Assembly: GCA_963755905.1 (NCBI GenBank)
Contig: CAVWLM010000006.1
Span: 411,471 to 475,470 of the forward strand
Direction: 5' to 3'
DNA from: an uncultured delta proteobacterium
Lineage (GTDB): Bacteria > Desulfobacterota > Binatia > Binatales > Binataceae
DNA: 64,000 bases
The notes beneath the pieces were generated by a model that searched no databases, was not told the DNA's origin, and was given only the letters and a program-made list of their open reading frames with translations. Both the position numbers and the translations under genes were made by a program. This document shows positions 18,765-29,779 of the stretch, one piece after another. Every line of letters begins with the position of its first letter. Within the stretch, counting starts at the first letter, position 1.

Positions 18765-18873
18765 CAATCGCTCCGGCCGCGGGCGAAACGATGCAAAAAT
18801 TGTTGCCCCAGTATTGCCATGCGGCGTGATAATCGTAGCGGCAAGTCGGCTGGGATGCCGACGGAGGTGATTT

Positions 18874-19410
18874 ATTCGTAGAGATTTCCGTACCCCGCCC
18901 CCGCGCGAGCCGGCGATAAGGGTGAACAACCAGATCCGCGTCCCGGAAGTCCGGGTAATCGATGTCGATGGCCGCCAGGTCGGCATCCTGAGCACGCGCG
19001 AGGCGATCCGCGTGGCCGAAAGCCGCGGCCTGGATCTGGTCGAGGTCGCGCCGACGGCCCAGCCCCCGGTTTGCCGCGTCACTGATTTCGACAAATACCG
19101 TTACGCGCAGAAGAAAAAGACCCATGACTCCAAGCGCCATTCGACCGCGACGGCGATCAAGGAGGTCAAGATGGGGGCGCGCACCGAAAAACACGACGTC
19201 GAGTTCAAAATCAAGCACATCAGGCGCTTTGTTGGCGAAGGCCAGCGTGTTAAGCTCTCGATTTCGTTTCGCGGCCGGGAGATAACCCATCCCGAGCTGG
19301 GACGTACGTTGCTGGACTCGATCGTTGTGCAAGTGCAGGACATCGCGCAGGCCGACGGTTTGCCCCGGATGGAGGGGCGCAACATGTCGATCCTGCTGAC
19401 GCCGCGCTAA
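18874..19410 (+). CDS. infC: Translation initiation factor IF-3 (ATT start)
   Basis: NNQIRVPEVRVID, LDLVEVAP, FRGRE; GGAGGTGA RBS followed by an in-frame ATT at 18874. Confidence 0.96.
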   Translation: MRRDFRTPPPREPAIRVNNQIRVPEVRVIDVDGRQVGILSTREAIRVAESRGLDLVEVAPTAQPPVCRVTDFDKYRYAQKKKTHDSKRHSTATAIKEVKMGARTEKHDVEFKIKHIRRFVGEGQRVKLSISFRGREITHPELGRTLLDSIVVQVQDIAQADGLPRMEGRNMSILLTPR

Positions 19411-19494
19411 AGCGTAACGAGTCGTGTAAACTGGAACGCTTAAGTCGACTGGAACGCCTGAATTTAGAATTACCCGGAGCGAGAGCCGCAACCG

Positions 19495-19692
19495 ATGGGC
19501 AAACTGAAGACCAATCGCAGCGCCGCCAAGCGCTTTTCCGTAAGCAAGACCGGCAAGGTCAAGCACAAGAAGGCATACCTGCGCCATCTGCTCTCTTCCA
19601 AGGGGCGCGCGCGTAAGCGGCAGCTTCGCCAACCTGGCATCCTGAATGCGGCCGACGCCCGCAACACGCGCAAACTGGTTCCATACCTGTAG
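19495..19692 (+). CDS. rpmI: 50S ribosomal protein L35
   Basis: MGKLKTNRSAAKRF...; canonical position after infC. Confidence 0.97.
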   Translation: MGKLKTNRSAAKRFSVSKTGKVKHKKAYLRHLLSSKGRARKRQLRQPGILNAADARNTRKLVPYL

Positions 19693-19791
19693 AAAGGGCG
19701 GCGCCACAGAGGGACTTCAGCCAGGGCAATTTTTTGAACAGGCAATTTCCAATTTAAGGGAATCTTTTAATCAAGGAAGGACTGACCGCCG

Positions 19792-20166
19792 ATGCCTCGC
19801 GCCAAGGGTGGCCCCAAAAGACGCCGCCGTCACAAACGACAGCTCAAGCTCGCCTCCGGTTTCGTCGGCGGCCGTAAACTCTATCGCCAGGCTCGCAGCA
19901 CGCTGGAGAAAGGGCTGACCTACGCCTACCGCGATCGCAAGCAAAAGAAGCGTGACTTCCGTTCGCTCTGGATCACGCGGATCAACGCGCTCGCCCGCGA
20001 ATACGGGTTGAGCTACAGCCGCATGATGGACGGGCTCAGGAAGGCCGGCGTCGAAATCGATCGCAAGCAGCTTGCGGTGCTCGCGCTCAACCGTGACCGG
20101 CTTTTCGTCGAATTGACCGACACGGCCAAGAAGGCGCTCGAGGAAGCGGAAGCGGCAGCCGCGTAA
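19792..20166 (+). CDS. rplT: 50S ribosomal protein L20
   Basis: YAYRDRKQKKRDFRSLWITRINA. Confidence 0.98.
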   Translation: MPRAKGGPKRRRRHKRQLKLASGFVGGRKLYRQARSTLEKGLTYAYRDRKQKKRDFRSLWITRINALAREYGLSYSRMMDGLRKAGVEIDRKQLAVLALNRDRLFVELTDTAKKALEEAEAAAA

Positions 20167-20194
20167 AGGCCCGCGGCCCTGCGCGGCGCACAAG

Positions 20195-20228
20195 GACCAT
20201 GTGGCGCGCGTCCACATGGTCTTTTGTT
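20195..20228 (+). terminator. Intrinsic terminator after rplT
   Basis: GACCATGTGG-loop-CCACATGGTC followed by TTTTGTTT. Confidence 0.7.
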
Positions 20229-20340
20229 TGGCGGTCGGCGGCTTGATGGTCTCGCGTTTGGTCGACTCGGGCTTTGGGGTTGCGGGCGCTGCCGCGGTAA
20301 GCACGCGCCCGAGACTCGAGGACACGGACAAGAGGACGGG

Positions 20341-21459
20341 ATGAGAGAACAGCTCGAGGCCCTCCGGGCCGCGGCGATGGCGGAGTTGGGGGACAGCGCC
20401 GGCGCCGACCAAATCGAAGGGGTGCGCGTGCGCGTACTCGGCCGCGGCGGCGAACTGACCGACGTCATGCGCCGGATGCGCGAGGTCCCGCCCGAAGAAC
20501 GTCCGGCGGTAGGCCAGCTCGTCAACCAGATAAAGCGCGAGATCGAAGGCCGTATCGAGGCGCTCCAGGAGCGCCTGCGCGTCGCCGCGCTCGAGCGCTC
20601 GCTCGGCGAGACGCGCCTCGACGTGACGCTTCCCGGCGCGCACATCCCGCGCGGCCGGCTCCATCCACTGACCCTGGTGATGGAGCAGATGCTCGACATT
20701 TTTGCTTCGATGGGTTTTGAGATCGCCGCGACCCGGGACGTCGAGGACGATTTCCACAACTTCGAGGCGCTCAATTTTCCGCCCGACCATCCGGCGCGCG
20801 AGATGCAGGACACGTTCTTCCTGCCCGGCTCGATGCTCCTGCGTACGCATACCTCGAACGGCCAGATCCGCGTGATGCAGAGCCGCAAGCCGCCGCTGGC
20901 CGTGGTCTGCCCCGGCAACTGCTACCGGCGCGACGAGCTGAGCGTGCGCGCCTCGCCGATGTTCGGCCAGATTGAGGGTTTCATGGTCGACCGCGCCGGA
21001 CGGGTCACGATGGCGCATCTGAAGGGCGTATTGAGTGAGTTCGCGCGCGCCTTTTATGGACCAAAAACCGCCGTGCGCTTTCGCGCGAGCTTCTTCCCGT
21101 TCACCGAGCCCAGCGCCGAAGTCGATATAGGTTGCCTGCTCTGCGGTGGCGCGGGATGCCGCGTATGCAAGCAGAGCGGATGGACCGAAATTCTGGGCTC
21201 AGGGATGATTCATCCCAACGTGCTGCGCAAGGTCGGCTATGATCCGGCCGAGTACCAGGGCTTCGCTTTCGGGATGGGCGTCGAACGGCAGGCGTTACTG
21301 AAACTCGGCGTCGATGACATGCGCCTTTTCTTCGAAAACGACCTGCGCTTCCTTGAACAGTTCCCGTCGTTTGTCGCCAGGTCTTCCGTCGCCAAAACTG
21401 CTTTCGATACGTCTTCGGCCCCGAGTACCACCATCGCGAACGAGAGCCAGTCGTCATGA
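20341..21459 (+). CDS. pheS: Phenylalanine--tRNA ligase alpha subunit
   Basis: [36 protein letters not shown]; GAGG RBS before ATG 20341. Confidence 0.98.
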   Translation: MREQLEALRAAAMAELGDSAGADQIEGVRVRVLGRGGELTDVMRRMREVPPEERPAVGQLVNQIKREIEGRIEALQERLRVAALERSLGETRLDVTLPGAHIPRGRLHPLTLVMEQMLDIFASMGFEIAATRDVEDDFHNFEALNFPPDHPAREMQDTFFLPGSMLLRTHTSNGQIRVMQSRKPPLAVVCPGNCYRRDELSVRASPMFGQIEGFMVDRAGRVTMAHLKGVLSEFARAFYGPKTAVRFRASFFPFTEPSAEVDIGCLLCGGAGCRVCKQSGWTEILGSGMIHPNVLRKVGYDPAEYQGFAFGMGVERQALLKLGVDDMRLFFENDLRFLEQFPSFVARSSVAKTAFDTSSAPSTTIANESQSS

Positions 21460-23963
21460 AGCTGCCGCTCAGTTGGCTCGCCGAGTTCGTCACGCTCGAA
21501 GCCGATGTAGACGAATTGTGCCGCCGCCTGACGCTGGCCGGCCTGGAGGTCGAAAACGTCGAGCGTTCCACGCCTGGCTTCAGCGACGTCTTTGTGGCGC
21601 GCGTGCTCAAGGTCGAACGCCATCCCAATGCCGACCGCCTCAACCTGTGCGACATCGATGCGGGCGCGATCGGGCGTTTCAGCGTGGTCTGTGGAGCGCC
21701 TAACGTAAGAGCGGGGATGACCGCGCCCTTTGCGCGCCTGGGTGCGCGGCTCATCGGCAGCGGACATGGTGGAGGTCATCGCCCGGCCAGCCTGCAGGAC
21801 GCGCCGCCTCTTCAGGCAGCAGTTATTCGCGGCGTGCGCTCGGAGGGGATGCTCTGTTCGGAGCGCGAGCTGGGTTTTTCGGACGATCACGCGGGCATCG
21901 TCGCGCTGCCAAACGACGCCCCGCTGGGAGTCGAGCTGGCCTCGTATTTGCGATCCGAGGACACGGTGCTCGACGTGGCGATCACGCCGAATCGCGGCGA
22001 TTGTCTGTCGATTCTCGGGTTGGCGCGTGAAGTCGCGGCGTTGTTCGGTCTAAAACTGAAGCAGCCGGCTGTCAGATCCGCGTTTCTCAAGCCACGCCGG
22101 GAGCATGCGAAAGAACGGCAGGCCGAGTCTGGAGACAACTTGGACGGCGCACTCGCAGTCGAAATATTGGCGCCGGAGCTATGCCCGCACTACGCGGGGC
22201 TGCCCATCAACGGAGTGAAGATCGGCCCCTCGCCGATCTGGATGCGCCGGCGGCTGGAACAGTGCGGGATGCGCGGGCTGAACAACGTGGTCGACGCGAC
22301 CAATTACGTGATGCTCGAGCTGGGGCAGCCGCTGCATGCCTTCGATAGCGCGCAAATCACCGGACGCCGGATAGTCGTGCGGCGCGCCGACCAGGGGCCG
22401 GACGGCGCGCTGAACCGTGAGTTCGTTACGCTCGATAACGTTCGGCGCACGCTCGATCCGGCGGACCTGCTGATTGCCGACCCGGAGAAGCCATTGGCGA
22501 TCGCCGGCATCATGGGCGGGATGAACTCGGAGGTCGGCGCCGCGACCACCAGCCTGGTGCTCGAGAGCGCTTACTTTGAGCCGATAACGATCGCGCGTAC
22601 GGCGCGCCGGTTGGGTCTTCGCAGCGAGGCGAGCTACCGTTTCGAGCGTGCGATCGATCGCGGCGGGCAAGTTCGTGCGCTGGCGCGCGTCGCCGAGCTG
22701 ATAGTCAGGAACGCCGGAGGCAAGGTTTCGTCGGCGGCCGTTGACGCCGAGCCGCGGCCGGCGCGCGAGCGCCAGGTGACGCTCGATCTGGGTGCGGTGA
22801 ATTCGATACTGGGTGTCGCGGTACCCGCCGCCGAAGTCCGCGAACGGCTGCGGGCGCTCGGCGCGTCAGTCAAGCCGGCTGGAGGGCGGAGTCTGACGGT
22901 GATACCGCCTTCATTTCGTCCCGACTTGAACGAAACCGCGGACTTCGCCGAGGAAATCGCACGGCTTAAGGGGCTGGCTGAAATTCCGGCCGCGGTGCCT
23001 GAGCGCGCGGCCGCTCCCGCACAGCCTAACGACTACCGGAGTTTCATTGGGGCGGCGCGCGAGGTGATGGTCGGTGCGGGCTTGTCCGAGCTGAGAACGA
23101 TCGCGTTTATCGCGCCCGCCGACAACCAGCGCTATCCGGGGATCGGCGGCGAAGCCGTACGGGTCACCAATCCGCTCTCCGCGGAACTAGGCGAACTGCG
23201 TCTGAGCCTGACCCCAGGACTGCTCGGCGCGCTGCGCTTTAACCTCAACCGCGAGGCGTCCGCGGTCCACGCTTTCGAGATCGGCAAGGTCTTTGCGATG
23301 AGCGACGGTTCGCCGGTCGAGCATGAGCGGCTCGCCGCCCTTAGCTATGGCGATTACGCATTGGGCATGGTGGGCCAACCGGCGCTGGCAGCGAGCTTCT
23401 GGACGCTCAAGGGCGTGCTGGAACAATGGTTCGTCGCACTAGGCGTTGCGGCTCGCGTCGGATTCGAGGCGGCCGGTGAAGGGGAATACAGCTTTCTGCA
23501 TCCCGGACGCGCGGCGCGGGTGCTGATGGACGGCAAACCTATCGGCTATCTTGGCGAGTTACATCCTGCGGAAGCAATAAGACTCGACTTGAACAGTCCA
23601 TGCGTGCTTACTGAACTTGACTTAGGACATCTCATCGCCTATGGTTGCGTGCCGCTTCAAGAAGTCACTTCTCCGCCGAAATACCCTGCTATTCGGCGCG
23701 ACCTCGCTTTGGTGGTGGATCGTGACATTTCAGCGGCCCGGGTGATTGCGTCGATTCGCGAGAACGCGTCGCCATTGCTCCAAGGCGTGGAAGTGTTCGA
23801 CGTGTACGAGGGCGAATCGATAGCGCCGGGTAAAAAGAGCATGGCGCTGGCATGCCGTTACCGCGGGAAAGATCGCACACTCACGGATGAGGAGGTGAAC
23901 CGCGCCCACGGGGAGTTGATCGAGGGGGTGCGGAAGGGGCTGGGGGCGGAGTTGCGGCAATAG
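21456..23963 (+). CDS. pheT: Phenylalanine--tRNA ligase beta subunit
   Basis: [48 protein letters not shown]; ATGA overlap with pheS. Confidence 0.98.
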   Translation: MKLPLSWLAEFVTLEADVDELCRRLTLAGLEVENVERSTPGFSDVFVARVLKVERHPNADRLNLCDIDAGAIGRFSVVCGAPNVRAGMTAPFARLGARLIGSGHGGGHRPASLQDAPPLQAAVIRGVRSEGMLCSERELGFSDDHAGIVALPNDAPLGVELASYLRSEDTVLDVAITPNRGDCLSILGLAREVAALFGLKLKQPAVRSAFLKPRREHAKERQAESGDNLDGALAVEILAPELCPHYAGLPINGVKIGPSPIWMRRRLEQCGMRGLNNVVDATNYVMLELGQPLHAFDSAQITGRRIVVRRADQGPDGALNREFVTLDNVRRTLDPADLLIADPEKPLAIAGIMGGMNSEVGAATTSLVLESAYFEPITIARTARRLGLRSEASYRFERAIDRGGQVRALARVAELIVRNAGGKVSSAAVDAEPRPARERQVTLDLGAVNSILGVAVPAAEVRERLRALGASVKPAGGRSLTVIPPSFRPDLNETADFAEEIARLKGLAEIPAAVPERAAAPAQPNDYRSFIGAAREVMVGAGLSELRTIAFIAPADNQRYPGIGGEAVRVTNPLSAELGELRLSLTPGLLGALRFNLNREASAVHAFEIGKVFAMSDGSPVEHERLAALSYGDYALGMVGQPALAASFWTLKGVLEQWFVALGVAARVGFEAAGEGEYSFLHPGRAARVLMDGKPIGYLGELHPAEAIRLDLNSPCVLTELDLGHLIAYGCVPLQEVTSPPKYPAIRRDLALVVDRDISAARVIASIRENASPLLQGVEVFDVYEGESIAPGKKSMALACRYRGKDRTLTDEEVNRAHGELIEGVRKGLGAELRQ

Positions 23964-24009
23964 GAATCCCGCTGCGGGGGAGCGTTTGGGGGACGATACG
24001 CCGCAGAAT

Positions 24010-24303
24010 ATGACCAAGGCCGATCTCGTGGATCTAATCTACGAGCGCGTAGGTTCCTCGAAAAAGGAGGCCTGCGATATCGTCGAGGAGGTCTTCAAGA
24101 TAATTGAGGAAAGCCTTCGGCGGGGCGAGAAGGTCAAAATCTCGGGCTTCGGCAGCTTCACCGTAAATCATAAGCGCGCCCGCCGGGGGCGCAATCCGCA
24201 GACCGGAATTACTATCATCATCGACTCGCGCCGCGTGCTATCCTTCAAGCCGAGCCAAGTGCTCAAAGGATTGATAGCTAATGGCGCCAAGCGATCCGCA
24301 TAA
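24010..24303 (+). CDS. ihfA: Integration host factor subunit alpha
   Basis: MTKADLV...VKISGFGSF...GRNPQTG; follows pheT. Confidence 0.93.
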   Translation: MTKADLVDLIYERVGSSKKEACDIVEEVFKIIEESLRRGEKVKISGFGSFTVNHKRARRGRNPQTGITIIIDSRRVLSFKPSQVLKGLIANGAKRSA

Positions 24304-24337
24304 CCTTCTTCCAATGACGTCTGCATGACTTTGCGCG

Positions 24338-24823
24338 ATGACGGCCTCCGCTCGAACAGATCGCCCTTCGCCACGTAAAAGCGTTCGCCCGCAAAGCGCC
24401 GCGGGCAGCGGCGGCGGCGAACAACTGCTCAAGATCGGCGAGGCGGCCAAGCTGCTCGGGGTAGAGGCCTACGTGCTGCGTTTCTGGGAGACGCAGTTTC
24501 CATTCCTGCGCCCGCGCCACGCCCGCTCAAAGCATCGCTTTTATGCCGCTCAGGACCTGGAAACGCTGCGGCTGATTAAGCGCTTGCTTCACGAGGAGCG
24601 CTTCACGATCGAGGGTGCGAAGAAGTACATCCGCGAGGTCGGACTGGAGCGCGCGCTCAGCGCCAAGCCCGGGGCCGCGGCCGCCCATCGCGGGGCGGCG
24701 GGCCTCGAACACGCTACGAGTACGGCGGGTGCGAGCGCCGCCGCCGCCGAAGATGTCGCGCGCCGCGCGTTGGCTCAGGTCCGGCGCGAACTCGAATCGC
24801 TGCACAAGTTGTTGGAGCGCTAA
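24338..24823 (+). CDS. MerR-family transcriptional regulator (ihfA-associated)
   Basis: KIGEAAKLLGVEAYVLRFWETQFP...LLHEERFTIEGAK. Confidence 0.93.
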   Translation: MTASARTDRPSPRKSVRPQSAAGSGGGEQLLKIGEAAKLLGVEAYVLRFWETQFPFLRPRHARSKHRFYAAQDLETLRLIKRLLHEERFTIEGAKKYIREVGLERALSAKPGAAAAHRGAAGLEHATSTAGASAAAAEDVARRALAQVRRELESLHKLLER

Positions 24824-24853
24824 AAAATCCTGATGAGCGCGCGGCCGCGGGTT

Positions 24854-26158
24854 TCACGCCCGATCGCGTGCGCGGCCGGCTTCGAGACCGCGCGAGGGCG
24901 CGTCCGCGCCCGTCCTGCGATTGACCAAATCGTGCACCGTCAATCCGCCCAGCGTTTCTCGCTCGACCTGCCGTAGCCGCTCGACCATCGCGCTCACCCG
25001 CGCGTCGGAAGACGCCACGACCGAGCCGCCGCCCCTGACACATTCGAGTACTTCTTCGAGTCCGATGGTCGAGGTCTCGCGGGCGAGGAACAGTCCGCTC
25101 TCGCCACCGTCGGCCCCCGTCGTCTCGATCACGATTCCGCCCCGCTCGAGTCTCCGCAGCACTTCGACCAGCACGGTCTCATCGATACCCAGTTCCGCGG
25201 AGAGCGTCGAGGGTGTGACCGGGGTGCCATGCTTAGCCGCCATCCGTTCGCCCAGCCGCAGCGCGACGGCCAGCGCCACAGCGCGCTCGCTCATCGCCCA
25301 AGGGTCCCCAACCGGCGGTTGATTGCGGCGTTCGAAGGCTACGGTCAGTTCGGCGCCGAGCAGCACGATCACCCAGGTCATGTAAATCCAGGTGAGTAGT
25401 ACCGGGATCGAAGAGAGCGCGCCGTAGATTGCGGCATACCGGTTGACGCCGTACTGGAAATAAATAAACGCCCATTGCCCAAGCTGGAGCAGGATCGAAG
25501 CCACCAGGGAGCCTACGGCGGCGGCCTCGTAGCGCACCCGGCGATTAGGAAAAAAGACGTAGAGAAAAAAGAACCCGGCCCAGATAAAGAGGCTCGAGCT
25601 AATCCAACCGGCGCCGGAGATGCTGGGCAGGTGATGTATCAGAATCTGGCGCGCGCCGATCGCTCCGGCGAGCAACACCGGCACCGCGAAAGTCATGCTG
25701 AGGTAGTCGGCGAACTTACGGGCCATCGTGCGCCCATGGACGACGCGGAAAATATTGTTCAGCGCCTGCTCGACCGTGCCCAGTGTCAGGACCACGCTGA
25801 CCAGCAGGGTGGCCGCGCCGATCGCGCCCAGTGTCTTCGCGTTGACATTTGAGACGAATGACATCAAGTGGTCGGTAATCTCGGGTGAATTGGCGGTCAG
25901 GTAGCGCTCGAGCAGCGGGCGGATTGCTTCGGCGCCGCCCAGACCGTTGAGCGCCGAGAGCGCCACGGCGAGGATCGGCACGATCGACAGTCCCGTCGTA
26001 TAGGTCAGGGCGGAAGCCCATAGCAGGTTGTTGTCGCGCTGGAAGCCCTCGACGCAGTGCTCGAAGACGGCAGCGGTGCGCGACTTGAGCACGCGGTTCA
26101 GCGGTGAATCGTGCGCCCGCATGCGCTCGATAAAGCCGGAGAGGAAATCTTGTGCCAT
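24854..26158 (-). CDS. YihY/BrkB family membrane protein with a C-terminal winged HTH
   Basis: ASALTYTT, EQALNNIF, YAAIYGALSSIPVLLTWIY...LLGAE; C-terminal Rrf2-like wHTH. Confidence 0.92.
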   Translation of the reverse strand: MAQDFLSGFIERMRAHDSPLNRVLKSRTAAVFEHCVEGFQRDNNLLWASALTYTTGLSIVPILAVALSALNGLGGAEAIRPLLERYLTANSPEITDHLMSFVSNVNAKTLGAIGAATLLVSVVLTLGTVEQALNNIFRVVHGRTMARKFADYLSMTFAVPVLLAGAIGARQILIHHLPSISGAGWISSSLFIWAGFFFLYVFFPNRRVRYEAAAVGSLVASILLQLGQWAFIYFQYGVNRYAAIYGALSSIPVLLTWIYMTWVIVLLGAELTVAFERRNQPPVGDPWAMSERAVALAVALRLGERMAAKHGTPVTPSTLSAELGIDETVLVEVLRRLERGGIVIETTGADGGESGLFLARETSTIGLEEVLECVRGGGSVVASSDARVSAMVERLRQVERETLGGLTVHDLVNRRTGADAPSRGLEAGRARDRA

Positions 26159-26448
26159 TACGTTTAGCTGCTCCGCCGATGGTCGATTCCTTTATACACA
26201 AATGGGGCCGCTGGCGATTGCTCCTGGCGGCGCAGCACTCTTAGAGCGTCCTGCTTCGAGTTGGAGGACCCAGACCCCGGGACGCTGCTCGAGTAATCTG
26301 ACGCATGACTGTTTTCATTGCGCACTGGCTCAATTGGTCGTCTAATCCTGACCTTCTATAATTACTCATAACATGATATGAGCAGCATTTGCCTCGTTGT
26401 TTGAGTTTCGTCATTTGAAATCAAAATTTCAGTTTTTCGGGACGACTT

Positions 26449-29400
26449 ATGCTCAAACCTTCTTTGCGCGCGCTTGTGGTGGCTCTGATCGCAACACTGA
26501 TTTGTGCTCGGTGCGATCATTGGGCTGGCGACACCAGCGACAACACTAGTCCGCACAAATTATACTACCTGGCGATTTTCAGTGGGTTGGCCGGATCACC
26601 GAAGGCAAAATCGCCAAATCCTGGGGGCGAGACGTCAGGGTCCTCCTCCGCCGCGGACGGATCTCCGATTGCGCTGGACGCGGCGGGCCTCTCTGCGAAG
26701 GAGGTCTTTCTCGTGACGGGCGGCGCGGTGAACATGCCAACCGCCGAGCTGTACGATTCGGCCACCAATGCCATCGTCGCCTGGCCCGGTCCGATGAATT
26801 CGAACCGCCAATATCACAGCGCGACTGCGCTCGGGGACGGCACGATTTTACTGGCCGGAGGCTGGAATAACAGCGGAACCGACCTGTCGACGGCGGAGAT
26901 CTACGATCCCAAAGCCCAGACTTTCACGCTCACCAAGGGCAATCTTCACGCCGCCCGCGACGACCATACGGCAACTCTGCTCTCGAACGGCACGGTCCTG
27001 ATCGCAGGCGGCTTCAACGACTTTGTCCCGCAGAATTCGGCGGAGCTTTACGATCCCACGACGCAAACCTTCGCGAGCGCCGGGACAATGACGGACGCTC
27101 GCACTTATTTCACGGCGACACTGCTCGGCAATGGCAAAGTCCTGCTCGCGGGCGGCGGCGATAAAACCAGCAACAGCGTCGACACTGCCGAGTTGTACGA
27201 CCCCGTCGCCGGAACTTTCACCGCAACGCCGAACATGACGGTCGCGCGAGCCAACCAGGCCGCCGCACTGCTTAACGACGGCACCGTGCTGCTGGTCGGT
27301 GGCGACAACAATGGCACAGCGGAAATCTACAATCCGACCGCCAATACCTTTACCGCAGTCCCCGGCATCTCAGGTGTGTATCCGCGACACGCATTCGTGT
27401 TGAATGACGGGACCGTGCTGCTGGCGGGCGGTTTCTCCACGTCTGCCTATATTTACAATCCGACTTCGAAGACCGTCGCGCCGACCACTGGAAACATGAT
27501 CGCGCTGAGAAAATTTGACGCGGCAACGCTTCTGACCAACGGCCAGGTGCTGTTCGTTGGAGGTTACTCGGGCGACTTTTTTGACGAGGCAATAGCCACC
27601 ACTGAAATTTACGATCCGACCTCAGAGACTTTCAGCGCCGGACCGTTGATGGGCGCTTACCGCGACGCCCTGGCCGTTACGACGATTCCTTCGACAGGGC
27701 AGGTTCTAATCTCGGGCGGCGAAGGCAACTTTGCCGGGTCGTCGGCTGCAGAGGCCTGGGATCCGACCCAACAGCAGTTCGTCACGACGGGCCCGATGAC
27801 ACTGGACCGCGGTTTCCATAGCGCGACCCTGCTCGGCAACGGCAACGTTCTGATTGCTGGTGGCGTCACCGCTATCGAATCCGGACAGCCCACGGGCGGA
27901 TCGATTGTCAGTTCGGCCGAGCTTTTCAACCCCGGAACGGGCGTTTTCACCTCGACGGCATCTTTTTGTGTCGAGCCACCCGAATCGCCGGTCGCCAAAG
28001 GATGTATGAACAGCGATCGTGCAGGTCATACCGCGACCCTGCTTGACAGCGGCAAAGTACTGCTTGCCGGCGGTTTCAACGGCACGCAAATCCTCAAGAC
28101 GGCGGAAATTTACGATCCGTCCAGTAATACTTTTACGGCGACTTCGAGCGACATGACGTCGGAACGCGTCGGCGACACTGCCACCCTGCTGACCAACGGC
28201 AACGTCCTCCTGGCGGGCGGGCAGCCGGGATCGCTGACCATCGGGTCATATCTGCCCCTGGCGAGTGCGGAGCTATATTCGCCAGCTACCGGCAAATTCT
28301 CCAAGACCGGTTCGATGACTTCGGCGCGCGAGGGACTCACGGCGACGCTGCTCGGCAACGGCGACGTGTTGATGGCGGGCGGCGTCAACGCGGCCGGCAC
28401 AATACTCAAGACGGCCGAACTATATAACCCGGCGAAGGGTACATTCGCGGCGACTGGCTCGATGACCGACGCGCGCGTCGGCCATAGCGCGACCCTGCTC
28501 GGCAACGGCAACGTTCTGATCGCCGGCGGCTTCGACGTAAAGGGTCTGGTCGCGACCGCCGAGCTTTATAATCCCGCAACCGGCAAATTCAGCGCGACCG
28601 GTGCGATGACCGATGCGCGGGCGGGACATGCGGCGGGCCTCCTGCTCGACGGCACCGTGATGGTGGTTGGCGGCTACGGCGCCGGGACTCCGTTGAGTCA
28701 GCTACTCAATGCCCCAATGGTAAACGGCCTCACGCTCTCGAGCGCCGAAATCTACAATCCAACCAGCGGAACCTTCACGGTCGCGAATGGCTCGCTGCCA
28801 CAGTCGTCGGTCGGAATGGCCGTGACACTGCTCGGCACCTCGCCGCCGCCACCACCCGTTCCAGGCGCGTTGACCTTCACACCAGCCAAATTGGCTTTCG
28901 GCAACGTCGACTACGCGGCGGCGGGCGCGGCGAGCGAACTCAAAGCAATCGCCATTACCAACCCGAAAAAATACAAAGCTACCGCGACGATTGTGTCTAT
29001 CCAGGGCACTCCCGGCTTCACCGCCAATCCGGCCTGTAATACGAGTATCGCACCAGGGACGACGCTCAATTGCCACATCACGTTCCAGCCGCAGGCGCTC
29101 GGCCCGGTGAGCGGCGCGTCACTGACCATCACCGACAACGCGAGCAACAGTCCGCAGACCGTCGCGCTGACCGGCAGTGGCGTCGCAGGCAAGCTGACGG
29201 TCACGCCGGAGTCGCTCAGCTTTGTGAAGATCCCGATCGGAACTGTCAGTACGCCCAAGCTGATCACTCTGCAAAACGCGACCGGAGCGACCTTCACGAT
29301 CAAAGGCCTGACCAACAAGGAGGCGGCGTTTGCGGCCGGCGGATGCACGTCTGTGCCGGCGCATTCCAGTTGCAAACTCAGCGTGACATACGAGCCGAGC

Positions 29401-29496
29401 GCCAAGGCCGAACTTACGGATACGCTCCTGATATCCGACGATGCCGCCGGCAGTCCGCAGAAGGTCAAACTGACCGGCACGGGCAAAGCGAACTGA
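26449..29496 (+). CDS. Secreted Kelch-repeat protein with two C-terminal Ig-like (ASH/choice-of-anchor D-like) domains
   Basis: Signal-like N-terminus; 13 full plus 1 split RxxHxATLLxxGxVLxAGG...AELYxP repeats; C-terminal ...ITDNASNSPQTVALTG-type domain twice. Confidence 0.9.
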   Translation: MLKPSLRALVVALIATLICARCDHWAGDTSDNTSPHKLYYLAIFSGLAGSPKAKSPNPGGETSGSSSAADGSPIALDAAGLSAKEVFLVTGGAVNMPTAELYDSATNAIVAWPGPMNSNRQYHSATALGDGTILLAGGWNNSGTDLSTAEIYDPKAQTFTLTKGNLHAARDDHTATLLSNGTVLIAGGFNDFVPQNSAELYDPTTQTFASAGTMTDARTYFTATLLGNGKVLLAGGGDKTSNSVDTAELYDPVAGTFTATPNMTVARANQAAALLNDGTVLLVGGDNNGTAEIYNPTANTFTAVPGISGVYPRHAFVLNDGTVLLAGGFSTSAYIYNPTSKTVAPTTGNMIALRKFDAATLLTNGQVLFVGGYSGDFFDEAIATTEIYDPTSETFSAGPLMGAYRDALAVTTIPSTGQVLISGGEGNFAGSSAAEAWDPTQQQFVTTGPMTLDRGFHSATLLGNGNVLIAGGVTAIESGQPTGGSIVSSAELFNPGTGVFTSTASFCVEPPESPVAKGCMNSDRAGHTATLLDSGKVLLAGGFNGTQILKTAEIYDPSSNTFTATSSDMTSERVGDTATLLTNGNVLLAGGQPGSLTIGSYLPLASAELYSPATGKFSKTGSMTSAREGLTATLLGNGDVLMAGGVNAAGTILKTAELYNPAKGTFAATGSMTDARVGHSATLLGNGNVLIAGGFDVKGLVATAELYNPATGKFSATGAMTDARAGHAAGLLLDGTVMVVGGYGAGTPLSQLLNAPMVNGLTLSSAEIYNPTSGTFTVANGSLPQSSVGMAVTLLGTSPPPPPVPGALTFTPAKLAFGNVDYAAAGAASELKAIAITNPKKYKATATIVSIQGTPGFTANPACNTSIAPGTTLNCHITFQPQALGPVSGASLTITDNASNSPQTVALTGSGVAGKLTVTPESLSFVKIPIGTVSTPKLITLQNATGATFTIKGLTNKEAAFAAGGCTSVPAHSSCKLSVTYEPSAKAELTDTLLISDDAAGSPQKVKLTGTGKAN

Positions 29497-29631
29497 TCCG
29501 AGTCGAGCAGCGCGTGCGCGTGGGGCAGCCCGACGACCTCGTAACACGAGGCAAATTCGGTTCTTTGTAAAAATTGGGATAACGCGCGTTTGATCGGACG
29601 CGCGCCTTGGTCAAACTCGTCACGGCGCCGG

Positions 29632-29676
29632 AAAATCAAACCACGGGGCGGACGGCGCATCGCACCGCCCGCCCCG
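29632..29676 (-). terminator. Candidate terminator hairpin for the glycosyltransferase gene
   Basis: 15-bp stem (29644-29658/29662-29676) whose two mismatches become G-U pairs on the minus strand; followed by a weak U-rich tract. Confidence 0.4.
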
Positions 29677-29779
29677 CTTATCCACACTTCCCTCTTCCAC
29701 CACAGGTTCGGCCGCACCAGAAAAACGCGCGGCCGCGCGCCGGACGGGAGTTTCTGCCCGCTCTTCTGCCGCGGTTCGT

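Noticed and set aside
19430-19457. ACTGGAACGC direct repeat between infC and rpmI as an L20 leader
   Set aside because: I could not build the L20-binding structure; a two-copy 10-mer is insufficient evidence.
26800-28800. Periodic DNA repeats resembling an array or CRISPR
   Set aside because: They are degenerate in-frame Kelch coding repeats, with no identical repeat-spacer structure and no cas genes.
29678-29686. Perfect DnaA box TTATCCACA suggesting oriC
   Set aside because: There is a single consensus box, with no box cluster, no clear unwinding element and no dnaA/dnaN/gidA context.
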